Origin: Takakia lepidozioides
Lineage: Eukaryota > Plantae > Bryophyta
Assembly: GCA_030704615.1 (NCBI GenBank)
Contig: CM060731.1
Coordinates: forward strand, 24,614,001 to 24,678,000
DNA: 64,000 nt
Direction of reading: 5' to 3'
The position numbers and the translations under genes are program-made. The notes under the pieces are model-generated. The model ran no database searches. It was not told the origin of the DNA and saw nothing but the letters and a program-made list of their open reading frames with translations. Shown here in pieces: positions 23,303 through 36,023 of the stretch (the first letter of the stretch is position 1; each line of letters begins with the position of its first letter).

Positions 23303-26055
23303 TCAGCTGGGCTCACTATCTATATCCAAATAATCTTCCCCTTCACTACCCACATCTGCAATTTGCCTTGCGGTAATTACCAACCCTGGAATGTCTTCCT
23401 CATTAAAGGTAACTGCTCCTTCCAAAGAGACTGGTTCAGCCGTATCTGGTAGATTTCGTGGTTCCCTCAGACCCTCGTGGTCGGCATTCTCCCCTAGGTC
23501 CAGATCATGGACGTCGGCCACGACTCGTTTGGCCCGGGGGTCCTTGTGAAGAACCACCTTCCATCCCAGCGCATGGGTGTCATCTGAAAAGAAAACTTGC
23601 TCAACTTGCGATGGGAAGATGAATGGCTCTTCATCTTGTGGTGGCATTTTTCTGAAATCAGCAAGGAGGAACCCGTACTCATCCCGTTTCATGGTGGCAT
23701 TCTCTCCTACCATATTGGCTTTTACCCAAGAACAACGGAATAGAATTGGCTTCACAAGACCATAGTCTAGTTTAAGGATCTCTTTGATCACTCCTACATA
23801 TTGCACATGGCATGAAATTGGATTCTGATCTCGTGCACAGCTCCTACTCTCTTGTTCAAAAAATGATGCCACTCCGCTGTCATAAGTCACCAGGAGCCTG
23901 GTGTTGGCATCGTCCACTCTATAGTGATTGTCATATGAGTTCATTGACCGGTACGAAGTGGCAATCAGCCCTGGGGGGAATGACAGACTCACCATGCCCT
24001 CATCTGGGTTCTCGTTCTCTGATGCGTACACTGCAATTGCAGATCTGACCCACACTATAAAGGGCTGCAGCTCCTCCATTGTTGTGGGGTACTCCACCGG
24101 GGATATGCGCCTACGACCGCCCCTCCGCCATGCTTTTGCAAATGCACTCCGTTCCGTTTTCAGGCGGACCTTCTCCGCTGCGTACTTTCTGGCAGAAACC
24201 AAATAGAAGCTGCAACTCAGTCCCCCTGACCAACACCGTGCTGTACATGCATGCCACATGCAGAGTGTGTGTCCTTTCAAGCACACTGTAGTGATGCAGC
24301 CTACTTCATAATCACTTGCAAGCAACAACCAAGATCTACGAAACACCCTCTGTAGTCGTCTGAAGCACCCTGTTAGTACACGATCCCACTCCCATAGTGG
24401 CCGGAATGACTTGTGACAATATATATGTAATTCCAGCATACAAAGACCATTAAGAATAGCACATGAGGGATGTAAGTTGGCACCCACTGTCTCCATGGTG
24501 TCATGGTTGTTGTGTTGTTCAGCACATAATCATGTGCCACATCCCGAAGGCGCGGGCTCATGGCACGCTTTGTTCCACCACCTTCTAGGACCTCGCCTAC
24601 AACTCCTTCTTCCTCGTTCTCGTCCCACACCCGTCGTTGTATTGCATCAAATGAAGACATATACTCTGTCATGAAGCCCAGGGCTTCGTCGCGGATGTAG
24701 CCCTCCTCCATACTCCCCTCTGGCCGTGCCATGTTGCGTACATACCCCTTCAGATCCTTCATGTACCTCTCCATGGGGTACATCCACCGGCTGGCTACGG
24801 GCCCACACACATGCAACTCCTCTACAAGATGCACTAGCAAGTGCGTCATGACGTCAAAGAATGATGGAGGGAATTCTTTCTCCAGCAAACATAGGGTCAT
24901 AGCCACATCCTCATGCAACGATTTAATGTCCCTCGGATCCCACACCTTCGCACAAATCTTCCTAAACACTCGACTTACACGCATTATGGCTGTTCGAGGA
25001 CCTGGCGCCATCGTACCCCGAATGCACACTGGCAAAATCTGTTGCATCATCACGTGTAGATCATGTGACTTCATCCCCGACCATTTCTTGTTTATGGCAT
25101 GCTTTTGGAAAGCACCCGAGAATCCGGTTCGCACTTTCATGGCTCCCAATGTCTTCAAAAAAATCCTCTTGCTCTGATTTGGTCAGGACGTATGATGCTG
25201 CTGGCATAAGCACTTTGCCTGGTCTATTTGGATCAGGCCTTAGCCACAGATGTGACCGTATCCCTTCAATCTCCATGTCCTTTCGTACGTTTATCGTATC
25301 CTTCTCCCCAAAGATAGTCTTCAGAATGTTCTCGCAGAAGTTCTTCTCACAATGCATGGGGTCCAGGAGGTACCGCTGCAAGAGGTTCTGAAATGCCAAA
25401 TGTCCTCCCATGAGACCAAGTTCTATGGGCAAAAAAAGTAGAATATGTGGCAGAAGTTGTCCAAGTTACTACATTCTGCTTTCAACAACTCCACGATCCT
25501 CTCCACAGTGAGGTGTACGACTTCAACATCTACTGCATAGTAGTTACACTGACTTAGGAGTTGGTGGAAGGACTCCTGACAGTAAAGGTAATTCCAGGAA
25601 GCACAATGTGAAAGAAAGTGAGTGAATGGGGGGGGGGGGATTCATGCACCTTCCAGTATGGCAAATCCCAAAGGATTGTCCGGCGCTTCACCCCGTGCTC
25701 CATGGCTGGATCCGCACTACTTCTGTCTCTCCCTCCAATCTTCATGAACGCCTCTTTCTCCTTTGCAAATTGCAATGTCTCCTCCGGTGTCACAGCATTT
25801 GGTGCCATTCTCTTTTCAACACATCCATTGAAGTGCCTTCCTGCTCGTCGGTAGGGGTGGTTTCTTGCAAGGTAACGTCGATGCCCCATGTATATTGTCT
25901 TCCCTAGTGGCTTTGAGTGCCGTGAATCCACATAGGGCCCACAAATGGGGCACCATTTGTAGCCCTTCGTCTTGCAACCCGCAACAAGGCCATATGCGGG
26001 GAAATCGTGGATTGACCACATGAGTATGGCACGGAGGGTGAAACTCCGTTGCCCT
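23303..26055 (-). pseudogene. CACTA transposase (Transposase_21 / DUF4218 / DUF4216-like), 5'-truncated, frameshift near 25160
   Basis: WSIHDFPAYG..CPIC, LPYWK, LDPMHCEKNF, GMKSHDLHV, FPPSFFDVMTHL, WMYPMERYMKDLKGYVRN, YVGVIKEIL.LDY, EPFIFPSQVEQVFF. Confidence 0.93.
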
Positions 26056-26500
26056 ACACCAACATCCACAAAGAGAGACAATCCCGCTTTTACAAGCGCT
26101 TCGTGACTTCCTCTCTTTCTCTCTCCCTCTCTCACTCTCCCTTAGGCTTATCTTGGGCTCAAGCCTTACCACGGGCAAATGATTGACAGACGGACAGCAA
26201 GAATGGACAACAAGAATAGACGGGCAACATGTATTTTTAGCTTATACCTGTGTATGTATATATGTATAATTTAAATATATACATATATATTATATACAGA
26301 AATAAGTTAAAAAATTATAGATTACAATTCAATTGAATTGCAAATTAGGGTTAGTTCAATTGAATTGCCCTTGCAATTCAATTGAGTTGCGCACTTTTAG
26401 GGGGTGATCAAGTGAATTGCGATGCATTTCACATCAAGGCCTTTTTGGAATTCCCTAAATATAGAGGGTGCCCAATGATGTGCGAGGATATGACATATGG

Positions 26501-27526
26501 TAGGGAATTCCAAAAAGGCCTTGACGTGAAATGCATCGCAATTCACTTGATCACCCCCAAAAAGTGCGCAATTCAATTGAACTAACCCTAATTTGCAATT
26601 CAATTGAATTGTCGGCACACGATTCAATTGAATTGCGAATTGGCAATTCAATTGAATTGCTGACTACAATTCAATTGAATTGTAATCTATAATTTTTAAC
26701 TTATTTCTGTATATAATATATATGTATATATTTAAATTATACATATATACATACACATGTATAAGCTAAAAATACATGTTGCCCGTCTATTCTTGTTGTC
26801 CGTCTGTCAATCCTTTGCCCGTGGTAAGGCTTGAGCCCAAGATAAGCCTAAGGGAGAGCGAGAGAGGGAGAGAGAGAGAGGGGAAGTCACGAAGCGCTTG
26901 TAAAAGCGGGATTGTCTCTCTTTGTGGATGTTGGTGCCAATTTATGGCTATGTACATACACCAAACATGATACCAATGTAAGAGTATCAACGTGTAAGAG
27001 TTTGATATATTAAACTTATATAGAACACACATCCCAACTTCAACATGATACCTTTGTATGGGTATCGAAATTTTTGATAATTCTCAAGATGAACATATTT
27101 TTTGTTTTCTTTGTCCTGGGCCAGATACTAGTGTTAGGGGAAGCCTTTCATCAATTGTCAGGTTTGATTTTGTCTGTTTTTTTCGGAGCCAACCGTGTTT
27201 CTTTTGCCAGTGAATCATAAGAAGGTGCTGATCTGTCTCCATCTCTGGCTCTCCCTTTCTCGCTGAGGCTGAGGGTGGCTTCACAACTCCACAATTTCCT
27301 CAAGGGCACAAGAAAGAGGGCCAGCAAGAATAGACGGGCAACATGTATTTTTAGCTTATACTCTTATATGTGTATAAATATAATTTGAATATATACATGT
27401 ACATATATATTATATATTATATACAAAAATAAGTTAAAAAATTATAGATTACAATTCAATTGAATTGCCAATTCGTAATTCAATTGAATCGTGTGCCGAC
27501 AATTCAATTGAATTGTAAATTTAGTT
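26501..27526. mobile_element. Non-autonomous TIR element 2 (~1 kb, opposite orientation to element 1); right TIR interrupted by element 3
   Basis: TAGGGAATTCC terminus at 26501. 26790-26935 is the inverse of 26056-26200, and 27018-27330 is the inverse of 20680-20990. Confidence 0.85.
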
Positions 27527-28489
27527 TAGGGAATTCCAAAAAGGCCTTGATGTGAAATGCATCGCAATTCACTTGATCAGTGCGCAATTCAATTGAATTG
27601 CAAGGGCAATTCAATTGAACTAACCCTAATTTGCAATTCAATTGAATTGTCGGCACAAGATTCAATTGAATTGCGAATTGGCAATTCAATTGAATTGTAA
27701 TCTATAATTTTTAACTTATTTTTGTATATAATATATAATATATTATCATGTATATGTATATGTATATGTATCGTATACACATATATATACGAGAGTATAA
27801 GCTGAATATACATGTTGCCCGTCTATTCCTGCTGCCCGTCCATCCTTTGCTTGTGGTAAGGCCTAAGTCACGAGATGAGTCGCGTAGCCTAAAGGAGAGA
27901 GATGAGAGAGAGAGAGAGTACGAGAGCGAGGGAAAAGGAGAGAGAAATGAAGTGATGAAGGCTTTTTAGGGCAGAGGTGCCCTAAAAGTGAAATGATCAA
28001 ATCAGTTGGAGGACGAGAAGTAGCGAGAGAAGAATGCAACAACAAGAGATGTATGATGGAAGCCTTCTTGGATCACCAAATGACAAGATCTGCCCATGAG
28101 TAAGCACATTCCCGTACTGGCATGAGTTCCCCCAATCATTGATAAAGATATCATTTTAGCTAAAGCTGTACTTCTTATGTACGTGCAGGTGACTCATGAG
28201 CTTTGAGGAGAGAACTTTAGGGGTAGTAGAGTGGGTTACCAAACGCTCCTCAACACACACACTGAAAGAAAGAGCTTGATCACATGGTTTGTCTTCAACC
28301 CGCCCACACTGTGTACTGTGGTTTGCTAACACATTTTAGGATAGAGTAGTTGTTGTTTCAAAGTACATTTGGTTCATCTACTTGATAGTCTATGTGAACT
28401 TTAGTGAGGTAAGTCCTATGGGGAGTGTGTGAGTGGATGCAGTGACTACAGAATTAACAACAAACAATTACAACAAGGGCAAGGTCGAA

Positions 28490-30228
28490 GGCATTGGCAC
28501 TGGGGCTATTAAGCAGAGATAAGACAGATCATGTGAGCATGGAAAACAACCATTTGGATGGTGACAAAGTAGTGGATGATTTAGTACTTTATGAGGAAGC
28601 AATGTTGAATGAGGGTGCCACAATGAAATCAATCGCCACTGCCCTTTCTTTTGATCATGTACAACCATTGAGAAGAGCTATCAGAAGTCCAAGGGTCCCC
28701 TTTCAAAGTTCATCATCAATTGAGTGTCCGACGCTTGTGTAAAAAGATTTAAGAGTTACTTCCTATTGAAGAGAATGGGACAAATTGGGGAATGAGAACA
28801 GTGCAATCTGCCTTAAGGAGGTCGAATTGGCGGATTCCTCGAAGGAAGGTGGGGGAGGCTTTGAAAATCATCTCACCCTACCATTATGAGCGTAGGAGAA
28901 GGGCACAGGCAATTCGGAGGACTCAGTATAATGTCACAATGCCTATGGCTCTATGGCACATTGACTGTAAGTATTTTATCTCATGCATCTTAATGTTCTT
29001 TGAAGATGCACATGCAAGACGTTTTCTTGCATTACATATCGCACAAAATTGTAGGCAAACTAAAACATGTATGCAATTCGTGGTGCAGCTTATGACAAAT
29101 TGGTTATGTTTGGTCTTCGAGTACATGCTGGCATTGATGGGCCTCTCATTTTGTTTTATGGGTGAACGTTGCAAGAAACAAGAAAGAAAAAACCATTTTC
29201 AAAGGATATCACGATGCAATTTCCAAGTTTGGAGCACCTTTACGAATTCGATCTGATTTTGCAATAGAGCACTCTCTTATAAAACAACACATTGAAGCCA
29301 CACGTTCTGAAACACCCAATCCGTACTTGACTGGGTCTTTCACACACAATCAGGTTAGTGTTCTATACAATTCTATCTTGCATATCAACTTTACGTTTCT
29401 GTCATATTTCTTGGTTCATCTTTATTAATCATTGAGTGTGTAATGTTGTGCATATTTCTAATATTTTGTGTGGTGTAATCACCACGTTAGAGGATTGAAC
29501 ACTTTTGGCGGCATCTATGGGAGAAGGTAATGTTCTACTACAAAAATTGCTTCCAAGCAATGGTCAATGATGGATTATTGGATATGGACGATCCGTGGCA
29601 ACGAGAATCTTTTATTGACGTATATATGCCCATAGTACAAGAAACTGTTGATGAATACGTGAAGATTTGGACTGGACATCGAGTTCGCACGATTAATGAA
29701 AACGGTCGATATCGTCGATCACATGTTCCTGCTTGTTTCTTTCGCGAGTATGAACGTTTGCATGGGTAAGCTCATGGTTTTCTCTTGTTTGTACTTTCAT
29801 TCTTAAGCTACAATTTACATTGGAATGTTATTCTAATGTGGTGATGTGTTTGATCATGTAGATGGACCAGCCACCTTATTGATGACCCACGATTTAGGGA
29901 AGACCCCCAACACATTGGTAACCAAGACTTGGGGCCTCGTGGGAATCAAAGGTGGCGATGTGCAGGTGGTTTGCATGACCTTCCCACCAAAGGAGCTGAA
30001 CTCATTCCTGACATTGTTCGTGTCCGTGCACAAGCTTATGAAATTGGAAAGGTTGGGAAGAATTCGATCTCTTGTTTTCATCTCCACTACTACATGTCTC
30101 GGTATTGTGGTTTTGCAACGCATGAACATAGATATTCTGATCAATTGGACCTCATTGGTAATACCGTGTTAAGTAGGGAAGCTCTTCAACTTTTAATTAC
30201 ACAAGCTCTTGTATGTAATTGTGATTAA
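28490..30228 (+). pseudogene. Intron-containing DDE transposase / integrase core, IS3EU-like (introns about 28967-29088, 29354-29490, 29766-29861)
   Basis: ALWHID|SYDKLVMFGLRVHAGIDG(fs)ASHFVLW..FGAPLRIRSD..YLTGSFTHNQ|RIEHFWR..WTGHRVR gives a D-D-E triad. 1-bp frameshift near 29141 and stops upstream. Confidence 0.85.
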
Positions 30229-31004
30229 GTGAATAAGCGAGACAATCACATTCAAAGATAATTGTTTTATGTCACGTACTTTGAGGATTTCTGTTAAATA
30301 AATGTCATCTTTTCCCTTCATCATATCCATTGTCCATATTGAACCATACACCCTAAACCATTATCATCTCCCAACCATACTACTTGGGTGCAGGGCCTGG
30401 GTTGTACGATCTCTGGAGGGTTGTGAAATTGTTGGGTTTCATTGGGAAGTGCACAGCGTGAGGCTCATGAGGCCGCCTTTTATCTCCAACAATCTTTGTC
30501 TGCCCCACATATGAGACAATGATGACCAACTTGCCTCATTTTCAAGAACCCTCTATTCATAATCTAAGAATTTTGCATACAATAATAAAAATCTGAATAT
30601 ACACTCATGGAGACACGAATATTCAACCAGGACTTATAGTTGCACCCTTGTCTCTTATATGCAATGTAGCTTGAGTTTAAAATCTGATAACTTGTGTTTT
30701 GTTGATTGGAGTCATGGTTTCTCCAACTGATGTATAGCTTCCATAGCCACCGAGAGGTCTATCTCTCCAGGTTCTGGAACACTCCTGTAGCCTGTACAAC
30801 CACAAAGTGGAATTTTTTTGCTTCCATGTAATATTTGTTTTTCTCACATAAGTGGTCAACAACCTTACACTTGGCATGATGATGATAGGTATGACAGGTA
30901 TGATGATGAATGGTATCACTTGGCATGATAGGTTAGGAGTCTACTTTGAGATGCCCAAGTCAAGTTTCAACCTCTACTGAATGGACGCCCTTTGCGCAGG
31001 TGTA

Positions 31005-31388
31005 GCGGTATAGCGCTTGATTACAACGAAACTTAGTTAGTTTTGGTAAATTAGTCTATATGCAGGTAGAGGTATCGTCATTGGGTACTAGCCCTGTTTG
31101 GTATACTCACAGAGGTACAGCGCTTGATTCCAAAGAAACTTAGTCAAAACTAGACTATATGTAGGTAAGGGTATCGATATGAGGTAGTTTCCCTATTTGG
31201 TATACCTACAGAGGTATAGCGTTTGATTCACAAATAAATTTTGCTAAATTAGTGTATATTTATGTGGAGGTATTGTCATGAGGTAGTAGCCCTGATTAGT
31301 ATACCAATAGAGGTATAACTTAGCTATATATGCTAGTAGAGGTATCGTCATTATGTAGTAGTGATCCTCTTTGGTATACCTATAGAGG
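31005..31388 (+). repeat. Tandem array of a ~100-bp unit (~4 copies)
   Basis: gaggtatagcgcttgatt-type unit starts at about 31005, 31112, 31211 and 31310. Confidence 0.85.
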
Positions 31389-32946
31389 TTGGTGCATTTG
31401 TGAGTTGAGATCCATTAAACAATGGGAATTTTTGGAATTCCCTGCATGTTGTGAGGAATTGGCAGGGTTTTGTCACCAATGCTCAAGTGTCACACGGTTA
31501 GCAGTCTTCCATTGTGTGCTAGCTTAATTCTTCAGTAACCTACTTGAGCTCTAAACTTCTGAAAAAAACACCCGGATTGGCTTACTTGAGGTATACAATA
31601 TGGCCACTTTAGAGATACGCTATACATGTGAGCATAAATGCTTGTCATTTTTCAGAGAGCGCCGGCAGTCTGAATGACGATATTGTAACTATGATATATA
31701 AGAAACGATAGTGTAGAGAAATTCCCTGGCAGTGGGCTTCAGTTACAAGGAATAAATTGACTAGCATTCTACCTGCATGAGGCACTCCATCGCCAAGCAA
31801 TGTTTGGGTTTCTTAGACTAGGGGTTACATTGTGACGCACTCCTGTGGTCGCAACAAACTTCTGCTTTCTCTTTCCTTCTTTCCTCTCTCGTTGACATAG
31901 AAAATTGAGAGAGGTTATGGTATGGGAGAAGAGAGAGGGGATGCAATTGACATCATGATGAGTTGAAGGGGGGAGCAAAGGGAAGTGGTAAATTCGCAGA
32001 GAAGCACAGAGGTCCCCGGGAGACTTACTTTTGTAGTTGCAGCGTGAAGTGAAAGCCAGGGTGGGTAGTATGGCTGTCGATGAGTTCAGGGCGAGTTATG
32101 CTAGTGAGACACCTTCCCTGAAATGTGTGTGTGCGCTGTCTTTGTAATTCAACAGATATGGACCAAGAATTATCACTTGGCTTCACTCGCTGAAAAGAAC
32201 ACGAGAGAAGTCTCCTTCCTTATGCTTCCATCACCAGGAAGTGAGTTGCTGACTTCCTTGGAGTTATTGAGAAACAATGGTATCATTTCGATTCAATTTT
32301 GGCTGCTGTCATTATGGCACGATCTCCTAAACTTCTAGCGCGTGTTCAGTTTGTTCACTTTCAATAATGGGCTTCATGGTGGTTATCTTTTTAGGTTCTT
32401 AACAGGCTTATTAGCATATTAATGGGCTTTCAATAATGGGCTCCATTCCCCTTCTAACATCTTCAAAATAACCATAATAACGGTAATTTGGTGTGTTAAG
32501 TTGTCCCTAACACCCATCCAAAATTATGTTATGTATTTCCATCTATTTCCACCTTTTTTATTTTGCCAACTTAACCTTAGGTGAGATTTCAACCCACAAT
32601 GCAGATTTGTGCTTGTTGGTCTTGCATCGAGGAGATATGATGGAGCGGCATATTGTTGGCGAGACAGATGCAATTGTAAGTCCACTGCTATGCGAACTTC
32701 AGGAATTGACAAGGTCTTGTTTTGATTATGTTTTGGATGTAATGTTTGGGACTGAGCTTCGGGGAATCCTTGCACTTCCTCTCTTTTCTCCCGGTCTGGT
32801 TTTCCTTCTTGTACTATTTTATCCTCATCTCTGCAGTTTTCTATACCTTTATCTTCTATGTATTGACATTTGATTGAAATTGTAGACCAGCAAACCAGGA
32901 GAGCAACGATGGGCTCTCTCCTTTCTAATCAGCATGTGTTTGGTAG

Positions 32947-33488
32947 AAATTACGACATCTTTTTGACCCGGCATATTCAAAGATTAAGCTAGCATCGAAA
33001 CCTATCCTTACTTCCAGCGTGAATCATTGGTGAATTTCTACCAGAAGCATGGGATAGTTGTCACTGCCCACACGCCATTGGGTGGTGGGGTTGATAACAC
33101 GGAATTTGTTGGGCATTGTTTTGTGTCTTGATGACGCTGTTCTTCAGGTTTGCATCTTCCCTAAGTGCTCCCTTATGAATTATTGACTTCAGTTGTGATT
33201 CACTACTCTATGTAAGGCGTGATCTCTCGCTTCCCTCTCTCGAACACACACACTATAAACACACTACATGGATTGCCAAGAAAGTACAACAAGACACTGG
33301 CACAAATTGCGATGCACTGGGGCATTGAGCACAAGACAATTATCATTCCTAAGTCAGACAAGATGGAGAGATTGAAGTAGAACCTTGATGTCTTTGACTT
33401 TGAGTTGACCGATGATGATATCAAGCCCTTGACAAAAGCCTGCGCACCAACGACCCTGAGAATTTTTTATGTATCAATCTCTTCTGAG
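32947..33488 (+). pseudogene. Captured 3' exons of an aldo-keto reductase (mannose-6-P reductase / sorbitol-6-P dehydrogenase-like)
   Basis: NYDIFLTR..ETYPYFQRESLVNFYQKHGIVVTAHTPLGG, an intron, then KYNKTLAQIAMHWG..IIPKS..NLDVFDFEL; contains stops and indels. Confidence 0.85.
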
Positions 33489-33589
33489 GATGAGTTTGAC
33501 TGGTGGGTGGTGCTTACAATCTAAATATGTTTGCATGTTTCATCTGCACCTTGAGACACTAACCAATTTCATACTGTCAAGCCCTTATA

Positions 33590-33950
33590 GTGCCAATATA
33601 TGGCTATGTACATATACCAAACATGATACCACTGTAAGAGTATCAACGTCTAAGAGATGATATATTAAACTCTCTATCGAACACACAGCCCAATTGCAAC
33701 ATGATACCTTTGTAAGGGTATCGAAACAAGATTATTGGAGATAATTCTCGAAATGAACATGTCATTTGTTTTCTCTGGGGTTGTGTCATGGGGGCCAGAT
33801 ACTAGTGCCAGGGGACTACATGATGATGCAGGGGAAGCCATTCATCAATTGTCAGGTTTGAAATTGTCTGTTTCTTTCAGAGCTAGCCATATTTCTTTTG
33901 CCAGTGAATCACAGGAAGCTGAAGCACTTCTGAGTAAGCCATCTGTCTCC
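33590..33950 (+). repeat. Diverged homolog of the internal sequence of TIR elements 1 and 2
   Basis: gtgccaatatatggctatgtacat..catgatacctttgta..tcatcaattgtcaggtttga matches 26934-27245. Confidence 0.85.
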
Positions 33951-34362
33951 CAAAGGGTCCCCCAAAAAATGAGATGGAGCTAGCCCTGGCATGCACATCA
34001 AACCCATTTAGCCCACAAGCGGTTTAAGGAGGTTTGCATAAACATTTGGCCAAGGTTTGAGGGCTTTGGCTCATTCCAACAACAGTATTTACCAAAGCAC
34101 ATAACGTGCTTGTAATAACACTCGGGTTGCATGTGGGGTTCATGGGATGCTGAATGGAAGTTGAGGAATTTCAATGGCTGGAATGGGAATCGAGAGCATG
34201 AATGTTGAGTTCTGCAATAGTGATGAGATTATGGTTGTAGTGCAACGTTGTAGTGGGTTTGTTATTGGTAGCCCAACACTTGCAAGCCACATGCCCACTC
34301 CTATGAAGGTGTGACTGGTGATCTAGTGACCAGTCACTTAGTCAAACCAGCGATAATGGATT

Positions 34363-34599
34363 GTGATGACAATATATGGATCCGACATGCCATCCTTGGC
34401 ATTCCTGGCAAGGGATGTGCACGACGTAATCGCAGGTGCGGGAGGGCTTTTGTGCGTGGAAGGGGGCCGACAGCCAAGGTCACATGCAGACGAGAATGAT
34501 CCACCCTATATGTGTGATTGGGATTTTTGTTTTCCTCAACAATCTATCATGGTTGTTTGCAACCCTATAACAGAGGACTATACATTCGTCCCGCCTTAA
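34363..34599 (+). pseudogene. Fragment of an F-box/kelch-type gene
   Basis: MPSLAFL..AGAGGLLCV..MVVCNPITEDY..VPP repeat signature. Confidence 0.55.
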
Positions 34600-35277
34600 T
34601 GAAAGCATTTGGAAAGCAGGTACACTAGCTACATCCGTTCACTTATTTGTCTCGGACAACCTCTTCATCTTTCAGATCTTGGGTTGATATGTGATTGTCT
34701 TCAGACATATTTATTTTCGGGATAGTGGACATTTCAATTCTTTCCCTCTTCTTTCCTCTTTGGTTTCATTGCTATGCATCTTGCAATGTAAGTTTGCAAC
34801 TCCATACATGATCAGTTTTGGCAGGTGGCTCGCATGGATTTGAACCGCTCATGCGACAAAGGGTACACCATCAGCACGAGACATGCCTGATGTCTTGGAG
34901 ATGGTGGTTGCCATCTAGAGGGGAGTGGGTGTATTGGCATGATACTAGCGGGTTGCGAACCAATAGTTGTGGACAAAGCTCGTTGGCACTTATCGATGGA
35001 ATTATTTGCATTAGTTGAACTTCGCAAATGTAAAGACACTTTCCAGCAGTTTGCCTTCAGGTCATAAGTTTTCTGGACGACAATCAATTGATTATTGAAG
35101 CCCCACTCCTTCTGCAAGCACCGCTCGAGGCAAAGTTCCATGTAGACGTCAGGAGATCCTTGGAGCTATACAGCCAAGCAGCAACCACCAAGGCCATTAA
35201 TTTGTTGGTGCATATTCACATCATTTAGGAGTTTTTGTGTCTCTAACAAGAACCCCTTGTCTGTCATAATCATACCT

Positions 35278-35625
35278 TGAGAAGTTCGGCATCAACATAA
35301 TTTGTTGCTAGCTACTAGTAGTGTCTAAGTTCCTGTTCCTGGGGATCCCATAGAGCAATACACCATGTCCAGTAGATAACAAATCACAGGAAGGCATATA
35401 ACCTGATCCACTGTTCGTCCTTCATATGTACAGTAGTTTGCGAAACATAACATTTGTGAGAGGATCATCAATTACCTCAAGTGCCTCAATTGATGCCAAC
35501 ACGAAGGACGAATGAGCAGGGTTCATAATAGGCAGTTCGATGGACTCTCGAGGCTCCATAATCTGTTCACTTAGCCCTCCAACAGCAGAGTAACTCACAT
35601 TCCTTGCATCCTCGCACGGGCCTTG
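35278..35625 (-). pseudogene. RPT4: Degenerate fragments of 26S proteasome AAA-ATPase RPT4
   Basis: [32 protein letters not shown], and a decayed GVLLYG..PGTG..TLL..DA..LK|gt exon. Confidence 0.75.
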
Positions 35626-36023
35626 AGAACTAAAGAATGTTCGAAGTACATGCTCGAGGGGATTATCAAACATGATCTGCAAGTTTCTGGTTATACCTCA
35701 ATCCCACCTCAATAACTCCTCAGACCACAGATCTCTCTAGCTACACATACTTGACTTCAGAACTAGGTCCTAAGTACCACCCAGTCAGGAATTCCCAATG
35801 AGACGTTTAAACCATAGTACGATGTCCGATGATTTGCATGCCAAATTTCCTGCCAGGAGTAGCAAAAAGGTGTGTAGATTCATCCGACACTACTGTAAAT
35901 ACATGGAGTGCCGTCAACTTTCTTCTATGGTAAATGACATGTGAGGTAGCGTTGGTTGTGGATGCACCAAGTGATTTTGGTCAAAGCACATCACGTGCTC
36001 CACACATGAGGAGAGTGGTACTG

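Larger units (their letters stand above)
20991..26055 (-). mobile_element. CACTA/EnSpm element, one terminus (CACTAG at 20991) retained, the other deleted
   Basis: Starts with CACTA exactly where homology to TIR element 2 breaks, and contains a TnpD-type transposase. Confidence 0.8.
20361..26457. mobile_element. Non-autonomous TIR element 1 (IS3EU-like family) with nested CACTA
   Basis: TIRs TAGGGAATTCCAAAAAGGCC.. at 20361-~20680 and ~26200-26457. 6-bp TSD GATATA/AATATA (5/6 match); its length is supported by the uninterrupted paralogous arm at about 19515-19532. Confidence 0.88.

Noticed and set aside
25554-26135. 193-aa ORF as a real gene
   Set aside because: It is a chimeric read-through from TIR-element sequence into a truncated CACTA transposase exon.
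20361-26457. Tc1/mariner-type element with TA TSD
   Set aside because: The paralogous empty site fits a 6-bp duplication with TA belonging to the TIR.
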